Source: an uncultured Oscillospiraceae bacterium (lineage in GTDB: Bacteria > Bacillota > Clostridia > Christensenellales > CAG-314). Taken from it: a stretch of 64,000 bases of DNA. This document shows positions 29,000 through 37,790 of this stretch, in pieces (the stretch's first letter is position 1; every line of letters starts with the position of its first letter). The DNA lies in contig CAZNZO010000003.1 of NCBI GenBank assembly GCA_964577535.1, positions 69,620 to 133,619 of the forward strand. The letters run 5' to 3'. Under the pieces are notes generated by a model. That model did no database searches, was not told the DNA's origin, and was given only the letters and a program-made list of their open reading frames with translations. The position numbers were made by a program, and so were the translations under genes.

Positions 29000-31987
29000 T
29001 TGAACGTTGTTGGCCCTGTGGACGACATCTACTACGCAACGCCCAACCAAGATATTTACATTAGCATTCACATAGACAACCCCGATAGCTACGAAATATT
29101 ATCTTTCACGCTTAACGGCAAAAAATACACCGGCTACATGTTCGAAGAAGGTTCGGACATGGAAACCATAATTCTTAAATACAACGTGGGCAATACTAGC
29201 GGCATTGTTAGCTACACCATTGATGCAATTAAATACGTGGACGGCACTGCCATTAAGGACGTTCTTATTGACGGCAACAAAACGGTTATGGCCGGCATAA
29301 AAACTCAAGATCAAATAACCGCAAAAATTAGCGATTTTGCCGTGGAAACCAACTCCGTTTCCCTTGAAGCATCGGTAAAAGACAATGACAACCTTGTGGA
29401 ATTTTCATCCGGCACGCTTAAAGCAGTGTTATACGACGGCGAAAACATTGTTGAAGAAAAAGATATTTCCGTTGGCAAAAACCAAGTTTCCTTCCAAAAC
29501 CTTGGCACAAACACAATCTACCAATATGCAATTGTTGGATTTTTCGATGACCTTTCTGGAAATGGCTTCCAAATGCACGTGTTGCACAAGGATGCTTTCT
29601 TTACCGATTCCGTTTTGCTTTTTGATAACGTCAAGGTTACGCAAACAGGCATAACTTTTGGCTTTGTTTGGCACAAAAACCATGCAGGCAAAACCCTTAC
29701 GTCCCTTTCGCTTTATCAAAACCAACAACTTGTGCAATCGCTACACGCCGATGCAACAAGCATAGAAAACTTGCTTTGCAACAACACATATCAACTTGTT
29801 GCAGAATATCCCAACGGCAATGCAACGGAAAGCATCAGCATAGAATTCACCACCATTGCCAAGGCAACGCCGCAAGTGGAAATTAGTGGCACGCCCACAC
29901 AAACCAGCATAGACTTTGCAATTGACGTGACGGATACCGACAGCGTTGGCTCCATTACGGATATTGAACTTATCCACGGAGAAGACGTTGTTTCGGCACA
30001 ATCCACCGACCTTCGCACTTTTGCAAACTTGCTTAGCAACAACGCATACACGGTGAAAGTTACCTACACATACAACTTGAACGACGGCGAAGGCGACCAC
30101 GCTTTGACCAAGCAATTTGATACCACCACCATTGCCAAGGCAACGCCGCAAGTGGAAATTAGCACCCCCGAAGCAGGTGAAAAAACTGTGACGGCGGAAT
30201 ACCAAATTTCCGATGCCGACAATATTTGCATTGTTGATTCGGTGAAGATTTTGCAAGGTGAAAACGAAATTGCAAAGAACGACGAAAAGAAAATTGATTT
30301 TGCAAACCTTAACTACTACACGGAATATACCATTGTTGTTGCCTACACCTACAATCTTAACGACGGAACTGGCGATCATAGCCAAACGGTGCAAAACGTT
30401 TTCAAAACATTGCCGTACCTGGAATTTGATTCGTGCAAGGTGATAAACACTTCGGCAGTTAGCGAAGGGGAAACAATATACATTCAGGCAACGCTAGATA
30501 ACCCTTGCGCGGCCACTCCCATAAGCGCAGTGGTTAACGGAAAAACCTATACCTGTGCAGGCTCCACCTCCACTAGCAAAGTTTATCTTGAAATTGTGAA
30601 TGACGGCCAATTTGAAGGTGGCGACACCACTTTGAGCGTTGAAAAAATCAACTTGCAATTGGATGGCAACCCCTACACAGTAAAGACAGAAAAAAACAAT
30701 TCCGGCACGGTGTTTATAAACGGCAAATTGGAAGTTGCATCTTTCCAATTGGTGAATGGCCAAGGCGAGGCTGTTGACTGGTGTTTTGGGGACGACAATT
30801 CCTACGTTCTTTTGACACTTAAAAACAAAACTGGATACAGCATTGACAGTGTTGTGGTCACAAGCGATTGGAGTGAAATGACTCTTACGCCAACCCGGAT
30901 TGACGACGAACACTACAAAATTGAGTATGACAAAAACTACGGTTGGAACGGATTGGAATTGAAATCCATAAGTTACCACAACGAATACCTTAGCAAAACA
31001 ATTGCCATTGGAGATTGCTATTCGAATTGGATGTACATCCTAGATAACCATGTTGAAGAAATTTCAACACGAGAACAGTTGTTGAACACAACTTACAACC
31101 GCTACCATGGCTACTACAAATTGACTGCCGATATTGATCTTGGCGGAATGGAATGGACAAATTTGGGCATGCTTGAAGGTGTGTTTGATGGAAACGGCCA
31201 CACCATATCCAACATGAGCAACGTTTCCACTATAACAGATACAAATGCTGTTATAGGATTGTTCAGCAGCGTAGTTGGCATTGTGCAAAACCTGAATATA
31301 GCGGACGTGACCGTGTTGATAACAGTGACTTCGACCACAGAATCCAGCTATGATGCATATTTTGGTGGAATTTTTGCGCGAAAGGATAACTACAGACGTG
31401 TTATCGTATCAAATTGCTCAGTTACGGGCGACATTGGCATAAAGAATACAACAAAAGGTGAAAGCAACGTCGGTGGAATTATCGGACATTATGCCTATTG
31501 CACCTACATGAATGTTAAAAATTGCAATGTGGACACATCCATAACAGTAAGTGAAAATAGCACATGCTCGGTTGGCGGTTTGATTGGCTATACTCATTAC
31601 GGTACAACTGCTGTTACTGATTGCGAAGCAAAAGTTGACGTTACTGTTAACGCAACTGAATACAGTTATGTTGGCGGTTTGATTGGCTATGCTGATGGAA
31701 CTACTACCGCAACTGATTGCGAAGCAAAAGTGAATATTGACGTGAAAAACGGCGATACACCCGCAGGAACTGCCGGTGGCATAATTGGGCTAGCCGATTG
31801 GTATTCAATATGCAATGTTAATAATTGCAACGTGCAGGGAACAATAAAAGCCGCAAATGCCGAAGTTATTGGCACAATGTCCCGCAACGTATCTAGTTTG
31901 GAATTCAAGAACAACCAGTGCGACGTTTATATTAACGGAACAAAAATAACAGAAATTGCCGACGAAACATATAAGTATCAACGATAA
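29000..31987 (+). CDS. large surface protein body: Ig-like tandem repeats plus C-terminal GLUG-motif repeats (continuation of the lipoprotein gene)
   Basis: 995-aa ORF. It has two ~92-aa tandem repeats (TIAKATPQVEIS...TYTYNLNDG.GDH) and a C-terminal ADIDLGGMEWTNLG..FDGNGHTISN followed by repeated VGGLIGY/GGIIG units. The ORF itself has no signal peptide. Confidence 0.85.
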   Translation: MNVVGPVDDIYYATPNQDIYISIHIDNPDSYEILSFTLNGKKYTGYMFEEGSDMETIILKYNVGNTSGIVSYTIDAIKYVDGTAIKDVLIDGNKTVMAGIKTQDQITAKISDFAVETNSVSLEASVKDNDNLVEFSSGTLKAVLYDGENIVEEKDISVGKNQVSFQNLGTNTIYQYAIVGFFDDLSGNGFQMHVLHKDAFFTDSVLLFDNVKVTQTGITFGFVWHKNHAGKTLTSLSLYQNQQLVQSLHADATSIENLLCNNTYQLVAEYPNGNATESISIEFTTIAKATPQVEISGTPTQTSIDFAIDVTDTDSVGSITDIELIHGEDVVSAQSTDLRTFANLLSNNAYTVKVTYTYNLNDGEGDHALTKQFDTTTIAKATPQVEISTPEAGEKTVTAEYQISDADNICIVDSVKILQGENEIAKNDEKKIDFANLNYYTEYTIVVAYTYNLNDGTGDHSQTVQNVFKTLPYLEFDSCKVINTSAVSEGETIYIQATLDNPCAATPISAVVNGKTYTCAGSTSTSKVYLEIVNDGQFEGGDTTLSVEKINLQLDGNPYTVKTEKNNSGTVFINGKLEVASFQLVNGQGEAVDWCFGDDNSYVLLTLKNKTGYSIDSVVVTSDWSEMTLTPTRIDDEHYKIEYDKNYGWNGLELKSISYHNEYLSKTIAIGDCYSNWMYILDNHVEEISTREQLLNTTYNRYHGYYKLTADIDLGGMEWTNLGMLEGVFDGNGHTISNMSNVSTITDTNAVIGLFSSVVGIVQNLNIADVTVLITVTSTTESSYDAYFGGIFARKDNYRRVIVSNCSVTGDIGIKNTTKGESNVGGIIGHYAYCTYMNVKNCNVDTSITVSENSTCSVGGLIGYTHYGTTAVTDCEAKVDVTVNATEYSYVGGLIGYADGTTTATDCEAKVNIDVKNGDTPAGTAGGIIGLADWYSICNVNNCNVQGTIKAANAEVIGTMSRNVSSLEFKNNQCDVYINGTKITEIADETYKYQR

Positions 31988-32017
31988 CGGCAACAATTCA
32001 ACCAAAAACGGAACAAC

Positions 32018-32058
32018 AATGCGACCCCAAAAGTGAAAAACTTTTGAGGTCGCATTTT
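32018..32058 (+). terminator. intrinsic terminator after the surface-protein gene
   Basis: 17-bp stem (one mismatch) between 32018-32034 and 32040-32056, loop GAAAA, and a short T-run. Confidence 0.75.
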
Positions 32059-32302
32059 GGTGTGTGTAGTTTCTTTATCAAAAAAAAATTGGTTTGTAAA
32101 CACGCTTGCCACAAACCACTTCAAAAATGAAAAACGGTTTGAGTTGGTGCGTAAAATAAAAGAAGCGATGCTGAAGCAGGCAAAAGAAAAGCCGCCAGGG
32201 GTTGTTGGCGGCTAAAAACGAGATACAATTATTACAAAACACGGTGGCCTAGGCGGACAGGCAATGTTTGTTCAATTGACGACGTGCTGAAATTGTCGAT
32301 TT

Positions 32303-32481
32303 TTGACGTTGTTATAAGCAAGCAAGGCAACGTTAGTTGCAATTTGCTACGTGCTTTTGAAGTAGTTTCTCATCCCGACACAACAATAACTGCTAGTTCA
32401 ACTAGCGATGCGCTGATGGGATGGTTGACGTTGCAACAAACGGCAACGTTGGGTGCAACTAGCTGTGTGCTTTTGACGTAG
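32303..32481. repeat. two ~60-nt direct repeats (32303-32365, 32425-32481), period ~122 bp, each with an AACGTT-centred palindrome
   Basis: Both copies fit ttgacgttg...ggcaacgttRgKtgcaa...gtgcttttgaMgtag. A gctagttcaa motif also recurs at 32391 and 32508 (the latter overlapping the transporter stop codon). Confidence 0.6.
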
Positions 32482-32508
32482 CTATGGCAACAGCAATAAA
32501 CGCAATGG

Positions 32509-33429
32509 CTAGTTCAATCCAACCTCTGCAAAAGGCAACGTGAAGTAGCACACCACGCCCAGCAAAACGCCTGCGGCATACATTATGCCAACGATGCCAA
32601 AGTTTTTCCAATTTTTATCCTTGAACAAAATTGCCAAAGCAATGCCGCTGTTGCTGACAAGGCCGGCAAGCATGGCGGAAAAACTGACGATGCCTTCGGT
32701 ATACATTCCGGTGATGACAACACTGCTTGCGCAGTTTGGAATGAGGCCGACCAGCGCCGTCAAAAAGCATTGGAAGAAGCCAAGTTTTGACGCAAACTGC
32801 GTGATAGGTTCGCCAACGTAGTGCAACAACAAGCCAAACACCGTGTTGACAACAAAAACATAGCAAAAGATTTTTAGCGTGTGCAACAATGGGTGTTTTG
32901 CAAAAGACCAAACTTTTTGCCAGCGAGTTTGCTGATGATTGTGTTCGTGATTGTGATCGTCGCTTTGCTGATCGTTGTTTTGGTGGATTTCGTGGTGGCA
33001 ACAGCCTGTTTCCGTTAGGGCATATTCGGTGGCCAAGGGGCGCTTATCGAAAAGGTTGATTAGGTACCCAAGCGCCACGGCATACAGCACTTTTACCACA
33101 AGCACAATCCACACAACGCCAACGGTTTTTTGATTGGTTAGCAAAATGGGCAGGGCTTCGTCGCTGGTGGCAACAAAAAACGCCACCAAAGTGCCCAATT
33201 TTAGGTATTTTTGGCAATACAGGTCGGTTGCCATAACGGAAAATCCGCATTGCGGAACAAGGCCTACGCCGCCTGCAACAAGGGGCGCAAACCTGCCGTT
33301 CAAAAGTTTTACCGTTTTGTTGCGAGCCGTTACGTTGGTTTCCAAAAATTCTATGAACAAATAGATTATCAACAGAAACGGGGCCGCAATGGCGCTATCT
33401 TTTAGCGCATCTAACACTACTTCCCACAT
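32509..33429 (-). CDS. putative 10-TM heavy-metal/manganese transporter (ArsP_2-like) with a His-rich loop
   Basis: The N-terminus MWEVVLDALKDSAIAAPFLLIIYLFIEFLE is typical of this family as I recall it. The loop reads CCHHEIHQNNDQQSDDHNHEHNHQQ. The start is set at ATG 33427-33429. Confidence 0.75.
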   Translation of the reverse strand: MWEVVLDALKDSAIAAPFLLIIYLFIEFLETNVTARNKTVKLLNGRFAPLVAGGVGLVPQCGFSVMATDLYCQKYLKLGTLVAFFVATSDEALPILLTNQKTVGVVWIVLVVKVLYAVALGYLINLFDKRPLATEYALTETGCCHHEIHQNNDQQSDDHNHEHNHQQTRWQKVWSFAKHPLLHTLKIFCYVFVVNTVFGLLLHYVGEPITQFASKLGFFQCFLTALVGLIPNCASSVVITGMYTEGIVSFSAMLAGLVSNSGIALAILFKDKNWKNFGIVGIMYAAGVLLGVVCYFTLPFAEVGLN

Positions 33430-33502
33430 ACTTTTTATGTTTTTTTTGAGGTGACGTTTTGCCACAGAAGGGCAAATGCGCAAGTGATTTTTTTGCGTTG
33501 AT

Positions 33503-33619
33503 GCCCAAATTGGCAAATTACCGAATGATTTTTGTTTTTACGTTTAGCCAAAAAATTGGCAAACTTGTTTGGCATTTTGGGGTTTTGGGACTTGGATTGA
33601 GCCAAAATTTGCAAATGCC
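33503..33619 (-). promoter_or_regulatory. three spaced copies of a GCCAA-N(2-4)-TTGGCAAA-type inverted repeat (candidate operator sites)
   Basis: gcccaaattggcaaat is at 33503, gccaaaaaattggcaaa at 33547 and gccaaaatttgcaaatgcc at 33601. They lie 75-190 nt upstream of the metal transporter start. Confidence 0.3.
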
Positions 33620-33667
33620 AGGTTTTTTGATTAGATTTGGTTGAGAATCAACAATTCCAAACGTTTT

Positions 33668-34264
33668 TTACTTTTCTGGGCTTACTTCCAGGCCTAGATC
33701 TCGGCACAAATCTCCAAGCGACTGCGTTGGGCGAATTAGTTCTTCCAGTTCGATTACGTGCGCCGCTTGTTCCACCTTTTGGATGGGGTTGGCCAAATTT
33801 GTGGGGGCAGTTTGCTCTTCGCTGGGCAACTGCGCCACTATTGCTGCGGCATCCTTTGCCACGTCGCCGCCTTCGAAACTGTTTATAAGCCGTTCAATTT
33901 TGGCTTTTGTTTGGTTGAAAACCTTGACTTCTTCGTCCGACAAGGTGGCCACAAGCGTTTGCGCATAGGCGTGCCATGCGGCATAGAAAATTTTTGCGCG
34001 CAACAACGTTAGCTGCGAATACTTTTCGGCATCGTTTTGCGTTTGTTCGGCAAGTTTTTGCGATTCCACCAACGATTGGGAAATGGCATCTTCATCCGCC
34101 TTGTATTTTTCCACTTGCTTTCTTAGCGCCCAGTTTTCGTCGGCAAATTCGTCGATGCGCTGGCGCTGCAATGCCAAAGCATCGGCATGCTTTTTTTCCA
34201 ATTCGGATAGGTAGCTATCCACTTGCTCGGGGCTATATCCCCGAAAAACTTTGTTAAAGGTCAT
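33668..34264 (-). CDS. DivIVA-domain protein
   Basis: The N-terminus reads FNKVFRGYSPEQVDSYLSELEKKHADAL, followed by coiled-coil sequence. The ATG overlaps the pncB stop by 4 nt. Confidence 0.8.
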   Translation of the reverse strand: MTFNKVFRGYSPEQVDSYLSELEKKHADALALQRQRIDEFADENWALRKQVEKYKADEDAISQSLVESQKLAEQTQNDAEKYSQLTLLRAKIFYAAWHAYAQTLVATLSDEEVKVFNQTKAKIERLINSFEGGDVAKDAAAIVAQLPSEEQTAPTNLANPIQKVEQAAHVIELEELIRPTQSLGDLCRDLGLEVSPEK

Positions 34265-35706
34265 TTTTTCACCGATTCTCTTTCTTCACGAATTAGACGT
34301 TCTTTCAAATTGTAGAGGTCTTCCGAAAGGTCGACTTTATATTGATGCGGTTGGGTTAGGCGCTTATATTCGTCCCAAAAACCATCCAAACTTTGGCGAC
34401 ATTGGTCGGCAAGCTCGTAGACGTTTTGCGGCTTGTAGACGCATTTTCCGTCCACAAACACATCTTCGTAGAGTTCCTTAACATAGAAATTGGTGACGGT
34501 TTTGGACTTCCAGCGTTCCACGGGGTGGGTGATAACAAAATCGTGATCGCTATCGATTTTTTCACCTTCCATAGCAATTACGTCGGCAATGGCCTTGTTG
34601 GTATCCTTGCCAAACAGGCGGAAAACGGTTTTTTTGCCGGGGTTGGTCATCTTGATTGGGTTATCGGAAATTTTCATTTTGGGATAATCCACGCCATCCA
34701 CACGCAAGTTTGCCAGCTTATACACGCCGCCCAAACTGGGGTTGCTGTGGCTGGTTATCATTTTGGTGCCAACGCCAAAAATATCTATCTTTGCGCCCTG
34801 TTGACGAAGGGATTCCAAAACATATTCGTCAATATCGGAACTGGCAAAAATTTTGCAATAGTCGTAGCCAGCATCATCCAACATTTTGCGGGCTTCCTTG
34901 GAAAGGTAGGCCAAGTCGCCACTATCCAGCCTTATTCCAACAGGCTTATAGCCCTTTTGGGTTAGGTAGTCGAAGGCTTTTATGGCGTTGGGAACGCCGC
35001 TGTGCAAAGTGTCGTAGGTATCAACCAGCAGCAAACAGTTGGTGGGATAGGCATCGGCATAGGCCTTGAAGGCATCTAGTTCGGTGGGGAAAGCCATAAC
35101 CCAACTGTGGGCGTGAGTGCCCTTGGGGGGCATGCCGAACATTTTTGCGCAAAGCACGTTGCTTGTGGAAGAACATCCGCCAATTACCGCCGCCCTTGCG
35201 CCATAGATGGATGCATCGGGGGCTTGCGCACGCCTAAGGCCAAATTCTAGCACCGAAGCAGGACTTGCAGCGTGGCAAATTCGGCGAGCTTTGGTGGCAA
35301 TAAGCGTTTGGAAGTTCAAAATGTTTAGCAAAGCTGCTTCCACCAGTTGCGCCTGACAAATGGGCGCCGTTACAATCATCAACGGTTCGTAGGGGAACAC
35401 CACCGTTCCTTCCGGCACGGCTTTGATGGAGCCGGTAAACTTGAAGTTTTTTAGCCAAGCCAAAAAATCTTCGTTGAATGCGCCGGTTGTGCGCAAGTAG
35501 TTTATTTCTTCGTCGCCAAAGTGCAAACCGTTTATGTAGTCCACGGCTTGTTCCAAACCGGCAGCGATGCAAAAGTTGCTTTCTTCATACGGACGGAAGA
35601 ACACGTCGAATGTGGCTATTTGGTCGGTTTTGCCGTTCAAAAAATAGCCGTACATCATTGTTAGTTCGTAGAAATCCGTTAGCAAAGTTAAATTTCTCTT
35701 TTCCAT
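34261..35706 (-). CDS. pncB: nicotinate phosphoribosyltransferase
   Basis: The protein starts MEKRNLTLLTDFYELTMMYGYF. The start is ATG 35704-35706 behind an AGGAGGG SD. Confidence 0.9.
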   Translation of the reverse strand: MEKRNLTLLTDFYELTMMYGYFLNGKTDQIATFDVFFRPYEESNFCIAAGLEQAVDYINGLHFGDEEINYLRTTGAFNEDFLAWLKNFKFTGSIKAVPEGTVVFPYEPLMIVTAPICQAQLVEAALLNILNFQTLIATKARRICHAASPASVLEFGLRRAQAPDASIYGARAAVIGGCSSTSNVLCAKMFGMPPKGTHAHSWVMAFPTELDAFKAYADAYPTNCLLLVDTYDTLHSGVPNAIKAFDYLTQKGYKPVGIRLDSGDLAYLSKEARKMLDDAGYDYCKIFASSDIDEYVLESLRQQGAKIDIFGVGTKMITSHSNPSLGGVYKLANLRVDGVDYPKMKISDNPIKMTNPGKKTVFRLFGKDTNKAIADVIAMEGEKIDSDHDFVITHPVERWKSKTVTNFYVKELYEDVFVDGKCVYKPQNVYELADQCRQSLDGFWDEYKRLTQPHQYKVDLSEDLYNLKERLIREERESVKK

Positions 35707-35758
35707 ATACCCTCCTGTGTTAGTAGAAACATTTTGTGCCGCAATGCGCGGCAAAAGG

Positions 35759-37354
35759 CTATTCGCCCTGCGAATCGTCGGAATTTTGTGCTTCACCGCT
35801 TGTTTGGAGCGCTGCTTTGCGTTTTGCCGCCTTTTTTTCCTTTTCCGGATCCACCCACGGCTTCAAATTTTCCACGCCAAAATCCTTATAAACTTTTGGC
35901 GGAAACACAAACAACAAAAAGCTGTTTAGCTTAACTTTTTTGTTGTTGCCGCATTGGCAAAGATATTGATCGTCAAATTGCGTTTTGGAAGTGCCGCGCA
36001 AATTTTTGAAGGCCGGCAGCAACAAGCAGTACACAACGGCCGCCAAACAAAGCACTGCCGCCACTGCCAAAACGTAGCCGTTGGCAATGCCATCCACAAC
36101 GCCCCACTTAACGCATGAGAACACGGCAAGGCCAAGCAATGCAATGCAAATTGCCAAATAGCACACCGTTTGCGTGAAATACTTTTCGTAATCCGTTTGC
36201 CAACCGCCGGCAGGCAAGTTGCGTGTGTTGCAATTTTGGCAATAGAGTTTTAGCCTGTCGCAAAGCGACCAAATGCCCAGCGCCGAATAGATGCTGATAA
36301 GCACGGAGAAAAATCCGGCAATGAATTTGGATTCGCCGCCCAGCGCAAACATGACGATGCCGAATGCCATTGTTACGACGGAAACGCCCAACAGCACCCA
36401 GCGAGAAGCGGAAAGCTGCTGGCGCTCGCTATGGAACAGTTTGCTATACAGCCCGTGCAATTGCTTGCGATAAATGCGAGAAAGCAACAACAATCCGAAA
36501 ATTATTGTGAACACCGAAACAAGCTGGGAAATTTTGATATCTGTTTCGCGCGCGCCAATGAACAAATACAAACTGTCGCTACGCATGCCTTCGATGATTA
36601 AACGAACAATGCCGTAGTAGATGCCATAGAATGCAGAACACCAGCCAAGTTTGTAGTGCTTGGAACGCATCAAAATGCAAACGCACACCAAAAAGCCAAT
36701 GAAGGTGCAAACACTTTCGTAAAAGAAGGTTGCTTGATACCAACCGGAGCCTTGGTTTCCGTTGGTAATCCAAACGGCTATTCCGTTGAAGCCGTGATCG
36801 GGGTTGCTGCCCCAAAAGTTGACCATATCGCCAAAGTTTTTGGTGATAAGGTTGCCGTAGGCTTCTTGGTTGGCAAAGTTGCCCCAGCGGCCAATGCTTT
36901 GCGCCAAAAACAGGCCGGGCATTACGCAATCGGCAACAATGCGGAAATCTTGCTTTTTGATTTTGCTACAAATAAATGCCGCAATGTAGCCAATAATAAC
37001 GCCGCCGTAGATTCCCAAACCGCCACTGCGGAAGTTGAAAAAGGTGGACCAATTGGAAGTTTGCCCGCTCCAGGGGAAAATGTAGACGTAGAGCCTTGCG
37101 CCCAAAACGCCGAACGGAATGATGACCAAGGCATAGATGGTTATGTCGTAGGGGTCGTAGCCGCGTTTTTTGAAGTAGATGCCACCCACCAAAATGGCCA
37201 AGCACATGCCTGTGACGATGATGAGCGCATAGAAATAGATGGGAACGCCAAAAATGCAAAGCGCAGGACGCCCCCATTGGGAACCAACACCAAAATAGGC
37301 GTTGCCCCAAACAAGAGTCATACTTGTGGAAATTTCGGAAAGTAGGTTAATCAA
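35759..37354 (-). CDS. lgt: prolipoprotein diacylglyceryl transferase with a ~250-aa C-terminal membrane/Cys-pair extension
   Basis: TTG start 6 nt after AGGAAGGAAC. The Lgt core includes GGLGIYGGVIG, GRWGNFANQEAYG and RLIIEGMRSDSL. Residues from about 285 to 531 form extra TM helices containing CQNC and CQCG. Confidence 0.85.
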   Translation of the reverse strand: MINLLSEISTSMTLVWGNAYFGVGSQWGRPALCIFGVPIYFYALIIVTGMCLAILVGGIYFKKRGYDPYDITIYALVIIPFGVLGARLYVYIFPWSGQTSNWSTFFNFRSGGLGIYGGVIIGYIAAFICSKIKKQDFRIVADCVMPGLFLAQSIGRWGNFANQEAYGNLITKNFGDMVNFWGSNPDHGFNGIAVWITNGNQGSGWYQATFFYESVCTFIGFLVCVCILMRSKHYKLGWCSAFYGIYYGIVRLIIEGMRSDSLYLFIGARETDIKISQLVSVFTIIFGLLLLSRIYRKQLHGLYSKLFHSERQQLSASRWVLLGVSVVTMAFGIVMFALGGESKFIAGFFSVLISIYSALGIWSLCDRLKLYCQNCNTRNLPAGGWQTDYEKYFTQTVCYLAICIALLGLAVFSCVKWGVVDGIANGYVLAVAAVLCLAAVVYCLLLPAFKNLRGTSKTQFDDQYLCQCGNNKKVKLNSFLLFVFPPKVYKDFGVENLKPWVDPEKEKKAAKRKAALQTSGEAQNSDDSQGE

Positions 37355-37387
37355 TAGTTTGTTCCTTCCTGCAAAATTATTGAAAAT

Positions 37388-37416
37388 ATTGTACTCTTTT
37401 GCCGCCCACTTGTCAA
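37388..37416 (-). promoter_or_regulatory. lgt sigma-A promoter: TTGACA-17-TACAAT
   Basis: Minus strand; the -10 is at 37388-37393 and the -35 at 37411-37416. Confidence 0.6.
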
Positions 37417-37429
37417 TTATTATATTAGA

Positions 37430-37451
37430 TTAACAAATATATATTTGTTAA
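37430..37451. promoter_or_regulatory. perfect 22-bp palindrome TTAACAAATATATATTTGTTAA (candidate operator)
   Basis: Exact inverted repeat, located 14 bp upstream of the lgt -35 in the divergent lgt/acyltransferase region. Confidence 0.5.
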
Positions 37452-37731
37452 AGCCAAAACGCCTTGGCGCTTTTGAGTGCGACCGGCAGAGAAATTCACA
37501 CTAAACGCACAAAATTGTTTTGAAGGGGGCGGTTGCATAGAGCAAACACAAAAACGTGTAGCAAATAATAGCTGAGTTGCGTGTTTGCCGCTTTCACGGT
37601 TGTGCTTTGGCTGCGCATGCGCAAGTGGAAAATTCACACAAAAGGCGCAAAGAATTTGCCCCTAAATGCGCAAAAACTATACTACGTAGCAAATTTTTTG
37701 TGCAAAAAAACATATTATTTGCAAAATAGTA

Positions 37732-37760
37732 TTGTTGAAAAACACACAATGTGATACAAT
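37732..37760 (+). promoter_or_regulatory. candidate promoter of the acyltransferase operon: TTGTTG-17-(TGa)TACAAT
   Basis: The -35 is at 37732-37737 and the extended -10 at 37752-37760, about 30 nt upstream of ATG 37791. Confidence 0.45.
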
Positions 37761-37790
37761 GATTAGAAGAAACAAAAAGAGAGCAACTCT

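Noticed and set aside
33430-33667. Possible yybP-ykoY manganese riboswitch upstream of the metal transporter.
   Set aside because: The minus-strand leader has no GGAGAGUAG/GGGGAGUAG-type conserved cores and no terminator hairpin.
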